64,000 nt of DNA from the human T2T-CHM13v2.0 reference genome, Homo sapiens: NCBI RefSeq assembly GCF_009914755.1, contig NC_060933.1. One strand, written 5' to 3'. Made by a program: the position numbers and the translations under genes. The notes under the pieces were generated by a model. The model worked only from the letters and a program-made list of their open reading frames with translations. It made no database searches and had not been told where the DNA came from. Positions within the stretch are counted from its first letter, which is position 1; each line of letters begins with the position of its first letter. This document shows positions 28,425-45,323 of the stretch, in pieces.

Positions 28425-29338
28425 GAACAAAGATAGGACTGATGGCAGATTTATAATTTGAAGCAATGCAAACAAGAAGACCAAAGTGTAACATATTTAA
28501 TTACTAGGATAAAAATCTGTCAATTTAAAATTTCATGCACAGCAATAATATCTTACAAAAACAAAATCAGAAAGCATGCATCACTAACTGACAAAATATA
28601 AGAAATAGTAAAAGACATCCTTTAGGCTGAAAGAAAATGACACTAGATGAAAACATGAATGATACTCAAAGAAATGAAGAGTACCAAAGTTAGTATCTAC
28701 ATGGGTAAATATATAAAATCATTTATGCTATTACTTAAATACCGAAAAAATAATTAAGAAAAAACAATAAAGATAAATTGTGGAATTTTTAACATATATG
28801 TGAATAACACATATGACAAAAACTGCATAAGGCTTGGAAGAGAGGAAGAACAGTATACTATTATAAGATTCCTATGCTATACTTGAAATAGTATTATATC
28901 ACTTGAAGGTAACTGTGATATGTTAGATATTCATGCTGTAAACCCTGAAGCAAACACTAAATTTTTTTAAAAAAGAGTTATTGCTAATAAAGTCAACAAA
29001 GGAGATATAATGGAATCATAAAAACTATCCAAAAGAAGATAGAAAAAGAAGAGAAATAAAAGATGGGATAATATTTAAAAAAAGAAAGATGATAACCTTA
29101 AACCTAAACATACAAATATCACATTATTAAGCAGGTCATGGACTCTAAAATAAATAGTTAACAAAGAAACAAACAAATATCACATTAAATATAAATGGTC
29201 TAAACACCCCAACTTTACGGTCTAAACACCCCAAAGTTAATAATGCCAGCTTGGATTAAAAAATAAGATCCAACTATATACTATCTTCCAGAAACACACT
29301 TTTAATACAAAGCAATGATAGTATAAAAGTAAAGTGAT

Positions 29339-29631
29339 GGCTGCGGACGGTGGCTCACACCTATAATCCCAGCACTTTGTGAGGCTGAGGCGGGTGGATC
29401 ACCAGAGGTCCGGAGTTTGAGATCAGCCTGGCCAACATGGCGAAACCCCATCTCTACTAAAAATACAAAAATTAGCTGGGGTGGTGGCGGGTGCCTGTAA
29501 TCTCAGCTACTCAGGAGGCTAAGGCAGGAGAATCGCTTGAATCCAGGAGGCAGAGGTTGTGTTGGCTGAGACTGTGCCATTGCGCTCCAGCCTAGACGAC
29601 AAAAGCGAAATTCTGCCTCAAAAAACAAAAA
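29339..29631 (+). mobile_element. AluS (Sq/Sp-like)
   Basis: Full dimer. TSD aaaagtaaagt(g/a)at on both sides. Confidence 0.93.
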
Positions 29632-31180
29632 AAAAGTAAAGTAATAGGAAATTATAGACTTTAACACTAATCAAAAGAAAGCTGGAGTACTTAGACAAAG
29701 TAGATTTCAGAACAGAATGTAACAGAAATATGCAAGGTCATTTCACAATATAAAGGGATCCATTCATCAAGAGAATATGAAAATTCTAAATGTTTATGAA
29801 CTTAAATAACAATAACTTCAAAATATATAAAATAAAACATGATAAAACTGCAGAAGAAATAAGTCCATAATCAGAGGTTTTAATACCCCTCTCTCAAATA
29901 TTGATACAAGAAGACAGAAAATCAGAAAGGCTCCAGAAGACTTGAATAACATAATTAACCGATTTTATCTAACAGGCATTTATAAAATACCCATAAATAA
30001 GTGGATACACATTATTTTAAAGTGAACACTGAATACAGCAATAGACCATCTAGACCAAAAACTAGTCTCAATAAATTTAAAATGTTTAAAGTCATAAAAA
30101 CATATTTTCTGACTATAGCGGAATCAAAAATCAACAACAAAAATTTCTGAAAAAACTCCCAAATATTTGAAAACGAAGTGGCATGCCTCTAAATAACTCA
30201 TAAGTCAAAGAAGAAAACAAAAGTGAAATTGGAAATACTTTGAACTGAATGAAAATGAAAACGCAACATAACACAATCTTTGAGATACTACTAAAGCAGT
30301 AGTTAAGAGGGAATGACTACATTACAAGAAAGGTCTCAAATCAATAGCCTCAGCTACCATTTCAAAAATTAAAATGCGGAGAAAACCAAACTCAAAGTAA
30401 GCCAAACAAAGAAAATTATAATAAAAATTAGAGGATAAATCAATGAAATAGGAAACAATAAGCAAAAACAGATAAAACCGAAAGTTGATTCTTTGAAAAT
30501 ACAAATAAATGTCATAGCTATCTAGCCAAACTGATCTAGAAAAAAAACAGAGGAGACACACATTACCAATATCAAGATGAGACTAATATCACTATAATCT
30601 CAACAGATTTCAAAAGAATAGTAACGGAATGTCATAAACAACTTTTTCCAATAAATTTGATAATTTACATGGAATGAACAAGTTCCTTAAAACACACAAG
30701 CTGCCAAAGATCACTCAAGAAGAAACAGATAATCTAAGTAAATCTATATCTATTAAATATCTAAATTAGTAGTTAAAAACCTTCTTGCAAGAAAAGGTCT
30801 AAGCCCAGATGCCTTCACTGGTGAATTCTAAAAAATGATTAAGAAAAAAATACTATCAATTTTAACCACAGTGATTCTCTGAGAAGACAGATACACTTCA
30901 GAAAACTGAAAAGGAGAAAATATTTTATAATTCATTTTGTGAGACCAGAATGATCCTAATTAAAACAAACAGATAAAACAACCTACACATTCCTGGGATA
31001 AATCTCACATAGTAGGTTGTTTTATAATATGAAAATCTATCAGTGTGACTTATCATATTAACAAATTTAGAGAGATAAACTATACAATCATTTTAATAGA
31101 CACAGAAAATTCAACATCTGTTTCTAATGGAAACAAAACAGAGCCTTTGCAGCAGACTAGAAATAGAAGATACCTTCTTC

Positions 31181-34906
<3,726 letters not shown>

Positions 34907-37339
34907 GAAGATACCTTCTTCGATGTAATCAAACACTACATTAAAAAACAACAACAACATACAATTAGCATCATACTTAATGGTGAAAGACTAAACGCCT
35001 GAGATTAGAAAAACAGGCAAAGATGTCTGCTCTTACCACTTCTGTTCAATATAGTACTAAAATTCCTAGCTAGAACAATTAGACAAGTAATACATAAATA
35101 AATAAACGTCATCAAAATTGGAAAGAAAGAAATATAATTGTCTCTGTATGCAGATGACATGATCATGCATACAGAAAACTTTAGGAAGAACTGAGCTTTC
35201 TAACAGTGGAGGCATGTAATCAGTGCATGTTGAAGTGTTAAAGAGAAAGCAAGACTAGGTGATCTCCTAAGATCCTTCCAATGCTGAAATTTTTCTGCTG
35301 ATATAGAAGAGGTACTCCAAGGCAAGGAATGGAGTATGCCAAATAAACAGTAGAGAGAATGAGTGAGTGCACTATGTTGAGAGAGAGAAGACTTTCTGCT
35401 GAAAGGGTCAAGCACCCTAGTGGAAGAAGCAACACTTGAGTTTCAATGTAAACTCTACATAGTCTATAAGAACAAGCACTGTGCTGGGCATAAGACAGAC
35501 CTGGTTACAAAGCCTGGCTCTGTCATACGTGTTTATGGGACTTCAGGAAAGTCACATACGTCTTTGGGATTTACTTACTTTATCTGTAGAACAAAGTTCA
35601 TGATCATTCTTAAGTTACATTGTTTTTTATTTGTTTGTTTTAATTCTGAGAAGAACGGCACCCTATGGAGATGTGATAGAGATGTGAAGCGTTATTGTTA
35701 AAGTGTAAACCCACTGTTGGAGGACTTTCATTTCCCTTGGTTATCTGTGGTTTACAAACCTCTGCTATTATAAAACAGCACTCCAGAAGGACAAAGACAC
35801 ACACACACACACACACACACAAAATACACACCCACCCATTCACAGACAGTGGTAAATCTCACCCACATAAAAATAACGTACATACAGATAAATACAAACA
35901 CACAGACACTTCAGTTTGCCTATGCATATTCAGATACACAGTCTTGCGCAAACACATATGCACTCCATACAGAGTCAAAAGTCAGAATTAACAAAGTTTG
36001 AAAGATGAGGCAAAATCAGCTGCCCAGTTACTGTTCCATGACCTGTCCCTCTGTGAAAGTGATGTCCACTCCAGTCTGTTCTGTCTCTTTCAGTCAATAA
36101 TGTGGAAAAAGCCACATTAATCCCAGGAAACCTATTAGCAGCCAACTTGACTTCTCATGTTGTCCATAATCTGGGCTTTTCTTTTTCTGACTTCTTTTAC
36201 ATTCACAGCCTCATTTTATCACTTTCTTCCCAATTTCAGAGGAAGCAAAGCAAAAATAGCCCAGAGAGGAATGGGAGAGGTGTAGGAGAGAGACAGGTAG
36301 AAGACAGGAAGACAGAAAAAGAAAAGGGAACAATAAAGGTCCTTTCATTCTTTTATTATTCATTCAGTCAACTCATATTTGAATGCCAGACTTTGTGATA
36401 GGTGTTGGAAATTTAACTATGACTAACACAGAGAAGGCATCTTTCCTCTTGGAGTTTATAATTTAATTGGGCAAATAATTATACTTCTTTAATTCTTTAA
36501 ATAGCCAAGTCTTGGTTCAGGATTAAAATTATAAATTTGAGGCGATACCACAAGCTGAATAACCTTGGATTAATCTCAATGTTCTAATCTGTGAAATGGG
36601 CACAATAATCACTAACTCTCCTAAAATTGTGAGGATTAAGATGCTGAACAAAACATTTAGCTCCGTGCCTGGCACACAAAAAAACAGATGTCTAATTGAT
36701 GTTTTCTAGCTGGAAAATAATTGCTGAATGGAAGTCTCAACAGAGAACAGAAAATGTAAGCCCCAGTACAGATCACAGGTGAACGCTTTGCTTCTTGGCA
36801 GTGTCAAAATTTAGAAGAACTCGGAAATAATGTTCTGAGTGATAATCAAAGGTATCCCTCTTAAAAGCCAACATTCTCAAATGCTCCTGCATGCTGGAAT
36901 CACTTCCAATTATCTCTCTCCCAGCACTAGTTAATGAAGACTCCAAGTGTATCTCACTAGAAAGCCAATTGTGTGAATTTCCTTACCTCAGTTCCAGAGA
37001 TAATATATTTACAGATCAAGCCCTTCAAGCATGAGTCCTGCAGGCCTTCCCAGATACAGAAAGGTCAAATTGTCTTCAGAATCAACTAGTTCTCTGACAT
37101 AATATTTTGAAGGTCCAACTCAGAGAATCAGACACTCTTTCTAACTGCAACTTGCTATCTTTCCTTGATCAAATTCATACAAAACAGCACACAAGGATGG
37201 ACAGCGAAAAATCACTAAACAATGAAATCTTCCAATGCCTTCCCAAGACAGATGAGACCAAGTCTCCAAAGACAGTAGAAAATCCCAGTTTCCCTCTTCT
37301 GTCATACTATCCCAAGAAAATGGGAACTCATGTACCTAC

Positions 37340-37488
37340 CTGTGTACAGGTCAGTGTCTGTGTATTCATCCACTTTCTTATGCTGCAGAATATAGTCGGA
37401 GACCTTGGTCCCAATAGCTGGCTGAACATCCACCCACTCCAAGGAGACCACAGTACTGGAGGGCTCCACTGTTGGGGACAGCCGCAGC
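37340..37488 (-). CDS. ASTN2: ASTN2 internal coding exon (149 nt), start of fibronectin type III domain: (V)LRLSPTVEPSSTVVSLEWVDVQPAIGTKVSDYILQHKKVDEYTDTDLYT(G)
   Basis: Minus strand reads tattccctgtAG|GCTGCGGCTG…TACACAG|GTaggt. GT from the previous exon plus G gives the Val codon, so the two exons splice in frame across a 1838-nt intron. Ends in phase 1. Confidence 0.96.
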
Positions 37489-38547
37489 CTACAGGGAATA
37501 AAAAGGAAGATTCGTGTTTGGCAGCCAGCACCAGCTGGGGCCCAAAAGAATCCGCATGTGTCAAGATGAAGCATAGGTTTCAGTCTGAATTTAAATCTTG
37601 ATTCCACCCATGATCGCCAACTTGCATGACCGTAGGCAAGTTATTTCCCCTCTCATGGCCTCTGTTTCTCATCCATAAAATAGGGAGACAAGGAGCCACC
37701 TTTCAAGATCAAAGTAGAATTTCATAAATTAATCCATGCACACAATATGTGCTCAATGGCAGTTTATCAGTTTTCCATATATTTATACTATATTCTCAAC
37801 GATGCTTCACTTTCAATTAAATTGGCAGTGCCTTCAAACAAAGGAACTTTCCATTTTTCTGCCATTTTCTTTAATACAATGTACTAGCTAACTTTTTAAT
37901 ATCCTTAAGTAAATACACTATTGGAAGGAGCAAAAATCCTGGAGTAAATCTTTTTGCAAAGCAAGAAAAAAAAATAGAATGATTAAAGGTTAGAACTAGA
38001 ATGGTCCTTAGAGATGATGAAATTTAATTCCCTCATTTCACAAAAGGGGGAAAGGCTCAAAAAAAGGAAACAGTTTGCACAAGGTCACACAACAAGCTGA
38101 AGACAGGACCATGATGGTGATTTTGCTTATCCTTATCCCAGATTCCCTTTTTCCACGATACCACACTGTGTCTTCAAAGACCATCTTATAACATGATTCT
38201 TCTCACCCACAGAGTTCGATTATGGGACTTTGTTTTCCAGTATTGGTTCCTGCCCCCTCTTATGCTTGTCACACCACTTCTCCCTCTTAATCACATGCTT
38301 GCAACGACAATGACTTTCCTTTACTTCCTCAGATGGTGAATTTCCAGTGTCTGGCCCTTCGCATATGCTGTTCCTTCTGCCTGAGACATGAGTCTCACCA
38401 CTTGTTGCCTGGCTGGCATCTACCCTATAGGTCTCTTCAGAGAGCTTTCCCAGACTATTCCCTCTTCCTTCCAACTAAAACATCTCCCCATTATTCTCCC
38501 TAATAGCACTTCTTTGTTTCTTTTTCACATTTTTCCTATTAAAAAAA

Positions 38548-38846
38548 TGTTGTTGTTGAGACAGGGTCTCACTCTGTCACCAGGGCTGTAGTGCAGTGGT
38601 GAAAGCATGGATCACTGCAGCCTTGAATTCCTGGGCTCAAGAGATCCTACCACCTCAGCCTCCATAGTAGCTGTGACTACAGGCATGTGCCACCACACGG
38701 GCTATTTTTTTTTTTTTTTTTTTTTTTTTGGAGAGACGAGGTCTCATTATGTTGCCCAAGCTGGTCTCAACTCCTGGCCTCAAGAGATCCTCCCACCTCA
38801 CCTCCTAAAGTGCAGGGATTACAGGCATGAGCCATGGTGCTCAGCC
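38548..38846 (-). mobile_element. AluJ in the short intron between the two ASTN2 exons
   Basis: Reverse-complement J-type dimer with an expanded middle T-tract. Confidence 0.92.
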
Positions 38847-39326
38847 CTTATTTAAACTTTTATACTGTATTTTCCTGTTTTTGTTTTGGCATCTATCTCC
38901 TCCACTAAATTGTCCGTTCCCTGAGTACATGGACTGTGCCAATCTTGTTTCGTAGAAGAGGTTCTCCAGTTTTTTTTTGTTCTGTTTTGTTTTAAATCTC
39001 AGTAGCCCCATTGCCCAACACAAGACCTGACAAAGTAGTCAGCTGCCTACAAGCTTTTGCTGAATGGTTGCCTGAAGGAAGAAATGATGAACTGAGTGGC
39101 ATCATTTAAAACAAGCATGCACTGCAATATCAGTGTCTGCTCCTGTGCCACAATTCTGTTCTGCCAAAGCTCCCTTCTTTCCTAAAAAAGGAGGTAGATT
39201 CCAGGGTCTTTGAGGATCTTGTTAGGCACCTTGGGAGCAGAAGCAAGTCATGGCATGGGCTGGCAGGACAGGAGTGTGAGTCCACGAAAAGGGATGGCCA
39301 AAGGAAAAGGGGCCATACATACGTAC

Positions 39327-39460
39327 ACCGGCTGCAGAAGGGGGCTGCAGTTGGGGAGCCCATTGGCATCAAAGGCGCTGAGGTCACACCTGCACCAGTC
39401 ATCGATCACATCCCCTTTCCCTGAGCACCAGTAGGAACTCATCAGTGCACTCTTGAAGGC
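39327..39460 (-). CDS. ASTN2: ASTN2 internal coding exon (134 nt), Cys-rich EGF-like segment: [44 protein letters not shown](V)
   Basis: Minus strand reads ttttgtccAG|GCCTTCAAG…CAGCCGGT|GTacgt. Phase 0 start, phase 2 end. The peptide matches recalled astrotactin-2 and differs from ASTN1 in this segment. Confidence 0.96.
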
Positions 39461-40139
39461 CTGGACAAAAAAAGAGGACAGAATAGACAATGATGACAAC
39501 AGGGGGGAGATTGAGAGTAAATGTGCTGATGGCCATGATGTGAGCCATCGAGGGCTTTAGAGTAGCCCCTTTAAGCACAAGACACCATCTATTCCCTAAG
39601 TTCCTTGCACTCTACTATCAGGGTCTCCCATCCTGAGCCATCCCCTCCCCAGGAGCCACAATGATCATTGAGAAACAATAGTAACTATATCCATTGATAG
39701 TGTCCCCTAGGCTTGGCACTCCACTTGTGTTAACTTATTTAATCTTCACAACAACCTCACACAATAGATATTATAATTTCCCATTTTACAAGTTGGAAAA
39801 CTGAAGCACACAGAAAGTAAATAACTTGACTGAGGTTTACGATAGCGATAGAGCTAGGATACAACGCAAGGCAATCTGCCTCCAAAGCCTGTCTTCTTAT
39901 TAAACACCTTGCTGCACTGCCTTTTATAGAAGTCTGACCATCTCATTGCCCAGCTTAAAAACCTTCAAAGGTTTCCCATAGTCTTCAGGATAAAATCTAA
40001 ATGCCTTGTTCTCACCCCTGGCCACCTTTTCATCTCTCACCACTCTCCTGACCTTCTTTGCACAGTATCATCTGTTCTCATGCACCCACATCATTTCCAC
40101 CAACAGTGAATTCCTGTTTATATAAAATGTGCTCTAAAT

Positions 40140-40362
40140 CAGGAGCCAGAAAACAGTTTCTATAACGGGCCAGAGAGTAAATATTTTTGGCTTTGGGACA
40201 AGGTAGACTCTTCCACAATTACTTAACACTGCCTTTGTAGCATGAAAGTGGCATAGATGATACTTTACATGAATTGGCATGGTTGTGTTCCTATAAAACT
40301 TTATTTACCAAGTCAAGTAGCAGGCTAGATTAGGTCTGAGGGCCACAGTTTTCTGACCTTTG
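40140..40362 (+). mobile_element. MER58A hAT-Charlie MITE
   Basis: gggccagagagtaaatatttttggctttg…ataaaactttatttac. Perfect 8-bp TSD ctctaaat at 40132 and 40363. Confidence 0.88.
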
Positions 40363-40420
40363 CTCTAAATGATAATCAATGTTCTATTTAATTGGAATGT
40401 GCTTCATAGTCTTTTTAAAA

Positions 40421-40473
40421 CACATACACACACACACACACACACATGCACGCACACACACACACACACACAC
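40421..40473. repeat. Imperfect (CA)n
   Basis: Direct read. Confidence 0.93.
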
Positions 40474-41687
40474 ATTCCATTCTATGCCTGGAATATTCCC
40501 CTCTCTGCACTCCAATTTACTCTTTGGGTCTCAAATAGGAAACATTCTCTTCTCTGGAAAGCCCACCCTAACTTTCTTAAGTCTAGAATCATGCTCCTCT
40601 TCTGGACACCATAACACATAGACCATACCTACCAACACATTTCCTTGCCTATCTCACCCATAAACACTGGTCCCACCAAGGGCAAGGGCCAGGCCTTATT
40701 CACATGAATATTCCTGTGGGACCTAGCACAGTTATTCAGTCAACAGTTTGTAAATAAATAAATGGACATTGAAAAATAGATCATTAATAGTTGGCAGTAA
40801 AGAGAACTTGGAAGGCACTTTTTTCAGTTTAGCACAGCACAGGAGTCAAGTTTTACCTTCTATTTTGTTCCCCTCCCTTGGGCTCTGATGTAGAAGATAA
40901 CTTCAGTGTGTGCTTGATGCTAACACTGACATTTCAACGCACTGCACATTCTGAATGAATGACAGCTGTCTTTAAAACATGAGGATTTCAAAGAATGTTG
41001 ATCTTTTATTCCTTTGTGCTTTGCCTGCTCTGCATGATGTTCCTATTTTTCATTTCTTTCATGTTTTTTACTTTTGATATGCTTTTAAATAAAAGTTGCA
41101 CACCACTAAGGGCACATGATTACCAAGATGTCACTTTTTTCATTCTGCATTGTCTAAAAGACTCAAGTAGAACATGTTTGTATAAAGTCTGGGGTCTCCC
41201 TTCTGAGTGATCCAGAACACAGATCTAGAAGGAGACAGTGTCTATCAAGAGTGTTCCTGTGTAAGCTTCCATCACATTTCTCCTGGAAGTTGACAAAAAG
41301 TCTCCAATTATTCCTGCCACACGTTCTTATCCATATCTTCTCCTAGGGATGAATGAATGAATGATCAAATTTCACCTGAGTTAAGTGTCATGACCCAAAG
41401 AAATAAAAAATAATTATAATAAAAGCTAATGTTCATGAAAAACACTAAATGGCACAGCACATGGTACTGTAAGTGCATTAAAATGTAATCATCACAATAG
41501 TCCTGAGACACAGATATTACGATCCTCATTTATATATAAGAAAACTAGGAATCAGAGCAGTCGAGCAATTTTCCCAAGATCACACAGCAAGTAAATGGTG
41601 GAAACAGAATCCCAACCCAGATTTCTGTGACTCCCAAGGGCAGGTCTTTTCTGTTCAACAATTCCGAGCCATGGGATTAATCCCAAG

Positions 41688-41790
41688 TAGGGTTGCCAGA
41701 TTCAGTAAATTAAAACACAGGGTGCTCAGTTAAATTCAAATTCCAGGCAACATTTTTGTAGTGTAAGTATATTTCATAAACTATTTGCAT
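41688..41790 (+). mobile_element. MER53-like hAT fragment
   Basis: tagggttgccagattcagtaaattaaaacacagggtgctcagttaaattcaaattccag. Confidence 0.7.
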
Positions 41791-42150
41791 ATAAAGTGTC
41801 TGGGCCAGGGTGTGTCACACAGTAAGAGCACTGTTCCTCCTAGGTGCCAGAACCTATGCTAAGAACAAATGTCTATTCTCTAGCCAGCACCAGAAGGAGG
41901 CACTCTCATGAGGACAGAAACCAGATGCGACTGCATGAGGTCATGCTGACTGTTAGACCTTTTCTCGCTCCCTTTGCAGGTTCCCCCTTGGTAAAATTAA
42001 TGTGCTTAACTACTGATGGCTTAAAATTCTGTAACATCTCCAGCCAACACTGAAGGCTTAATTAACATAACGGTGAAACCCAGGGCCATGGGTGAAAGTG
42101 ACACAGATGGGAAGGTTGCACTGGACCCCAGCAATGGGAAGAGAGAGAGC

Positions 42151-42156
<6 letters not shown>

Positions 42157-42206
<50 letters not shown>
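42157..42206. repeat. (TG)25 microsatellite
   Basis: Direct read. Confidence 0.98.
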
Positions 42207-42210
<4 letters not shown>

Positions 42211-44151
42211 GTTTTTGTAATAAATAGGAACTTGAGCTTGTGGAAAACAAAACAGGAAATCTCTCTGGACTTCATAAGTTTCACCATCCAGGCAGTTCTT
42301 GGGAAGAAATCCTGCCTGTAAGAATCCACATCCACTGGCTCTTTCCCAAAACCCCGAGGAACAGAATGGGGACTGGTGCAATGGCCAGGCAAACACTGGT
42401 TAGAACACAAACACACCCTGATAAAAGGCCAGCATCAAACAGGGAGTCCTCATAAGGCTGCCGAAGCCAGCACTGTGTCAATGCAGGATCACTCTTTCCT
42501 TACCTCTTCTGTCCTTGCAACACTCCATCCAGAGTCCAATTAGATCCCGGGGGAGGAAAATCATAGAATGTTCCAGCTTCACAGGACTCTGTAAATCATG
42601 TAACCTAATCCGTTTCACAGATGCAGATACAGTGACCCAGAGATGCTAGTTTGCTGGACCAAGGTGATAGAACAACTTCACGATGAAACTACTCTATCCC
42701 TCCGTTAAGTGCTCAAAATTACCCATTGAAATGGATGCTCAATACCCACTTACAGAAAAGCGTGGAGGAGCAGGGAGGGACTTGAACTAAAGCCCATTTG
42801 AATCCTTGTACCCTTGACCTTAGTAGGTCACACAGGAAGAATAAATGCCAAGATTTGATCCAAAATATCCTGTTCAGCCACTCTGCTTGGGTCATGTGCT
42901 TATGTGTGTGCATGTGTTGTTTGCATGCGTATGTGTCTCTGTGTGTTTGAGAGAAAATGAAACCTTATACTGGAGGCATTATTGCCTCCTAGTTTTTGAA
43001 TAAGTAGAGGGACCTAAGAAACAAATTCTGTACTTAATGGCTACATTTGCATGGCCATTGGTTTTCATAACGAAGGTTTGCATTTCCATGACTTGTAAAC
43101 GCTTCCAACTTCTGGCTAATTAGCTAGCAAACCAAGCTGGGCAACAGGAGAAAACAGCCACAAAAATATTAAGCAATCAAAAAAAACTAGGATGTATTTC
43201 TGACTCTCTTGTTACTTTCCTTTTTGAACTTGCATAAAAGATTCCTCGTTCTTAACCTCAATTTCCCTATCTCCAAATGAGGGGGTAGAAGATATGTTTT
43301 CTAAGGTTTAAGTTCAGTACACATTCACTGAACTTCCTACTTCATACCTTGTGCCTTCCAGAAACTAAGAAAGGGAATGAACAAGACCAAGTCACTAACT
43401 TCAAAGGATCCGTGGCTTATTAGCAAAGAGACACACACAAACAATTACAATTACTATAGTTCAAATGCTATGAAGTAATACACATAGAAGGCTATGAGAA
43501 TACAGAAGGAAGCGGGCTCTTCTAGCTCTAAAACTATGACAATATCTTAGGAATTTTAAACTTTAGGTAAACACCCTCTACTTAAGATATTTAGAAACAT
43601 CTACACAGAATGTCACTAAGCCCATGAATTAAATTCCACACTCTATACTTCAAATGACTGTAATTTTTACACTAAAAAATATTTTCATGTGCTAATACCA
43701 AGTCAGTTATTTTTGATACTAAGATGGTTCTGGTCTGTATGACTCCAAAAAGATGCTCTGAAGTCCTTATTAATGCCTAATGGATTTCATCTCCACGGTA
43801 TTAACAAACTTGGTCATATGGCTGCTCAACCCATAACAAATGAAGCGGGAAAAGGCTTTCTAGAGAAAAAAAAAAAATCTATTATCTTTTTACCCACTGG
43901 CTCCATTTTAGGGCCAAACACAGTATCTAGCATTTAACATAAGGCAGTCAATGTTTGTTGAATTAAAAGTTCACATGGAATGCTGAATAAAACAAACCAA
44001 ATAAATGATAAAAGCAAAGAAAATGTGTGTGCATGTTTGTGATCCTCTTCTTCCCCAGGATTACTTGTATCTCCCATGTCAGTTTGGTGCTTCTAGCCAA
44101 AAAGTGGTGGTCAACCCTCTACCTTATAAGGCATCTCAAAACCAACCTCCC

Positions 44152-44639
<488 letters not shown>

Positions 44640-45000
44640 TTAAAGCCTCCACTGATTCAACCTCCTTTGTTCTTCAGCTTATGACTCTTCTCCCATCTCA
44701 ACCCCCCTGCACCCCTCTCTGTGATCTAGCACATGCCAACTTCTTACAGTAGTGCATGCACTATTTCATACCCACAAGCCTTTTCTCATGCTGTGCCTTT
44801 GGTCTGAAGTGCCCTTTTTCCACTTCTTCCTCCTTACTGAACTCTAGGAAGGAGGTGTGGACCCTGCCACACCTTGAGAGATTTTGTCCCTCTCTCCTCT
44901 CATTCAATTTTTACAAATTTCACATTTCCTTGAAACTTGCTTATTTGTGTGTCCTCGCCTATCAAACTGTGAACTTCTCCATGGCAAGGTCATAAATTTG

Positions 45001-45172
45001 TGTTTTTTGTTTTTTTGAGACAGAGTCTCCCTTTGTTGCCCAGGCTAGAGTGCGGTGGCACAATATTGGCTCACGGCAATCTCTGCCTCCTGGGTTCAAG
45101 AGATTCTCCTGCCTCAGCCTCCTGAGTAGCTGGGATTGCAGGCATGTACCACCATGCCTGGTTAGTTTTTGT

Positions 45173-45204
<32 letters not shown>

Positions 45205-45323
45205 GTAGAGACACTGTTTCATCATGTTGACTAGGCTGGTCTCGAAATCCTGATCTCAAGTGATCTGCCTGCCTCAGCCTCTCAAAGTGCTGGGATTATA
45301 GGCATAAGCCACTGCACCCAGCC
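45001..45323 (-). mobile_element. AluS with expanded middle A-tract
   Basis: Perfect TSD aaggtcataaatttg at 44986-45000 and 45324-45338. Confidence 0.95.

Noticed and set aside
37107-37601. 164-aa plus-strand ORF overlapping the ASTN2 exon
   Set aside because: Antisense shadow of a coding exon with a non-ATG start and no recognisable homology.
42021-42481. ORFs with HT/CV dipeptide runs (also at 26566, 35640 and 40369) and RE/RK runs at 51112
   Set aside because: Translations of microsatellites.
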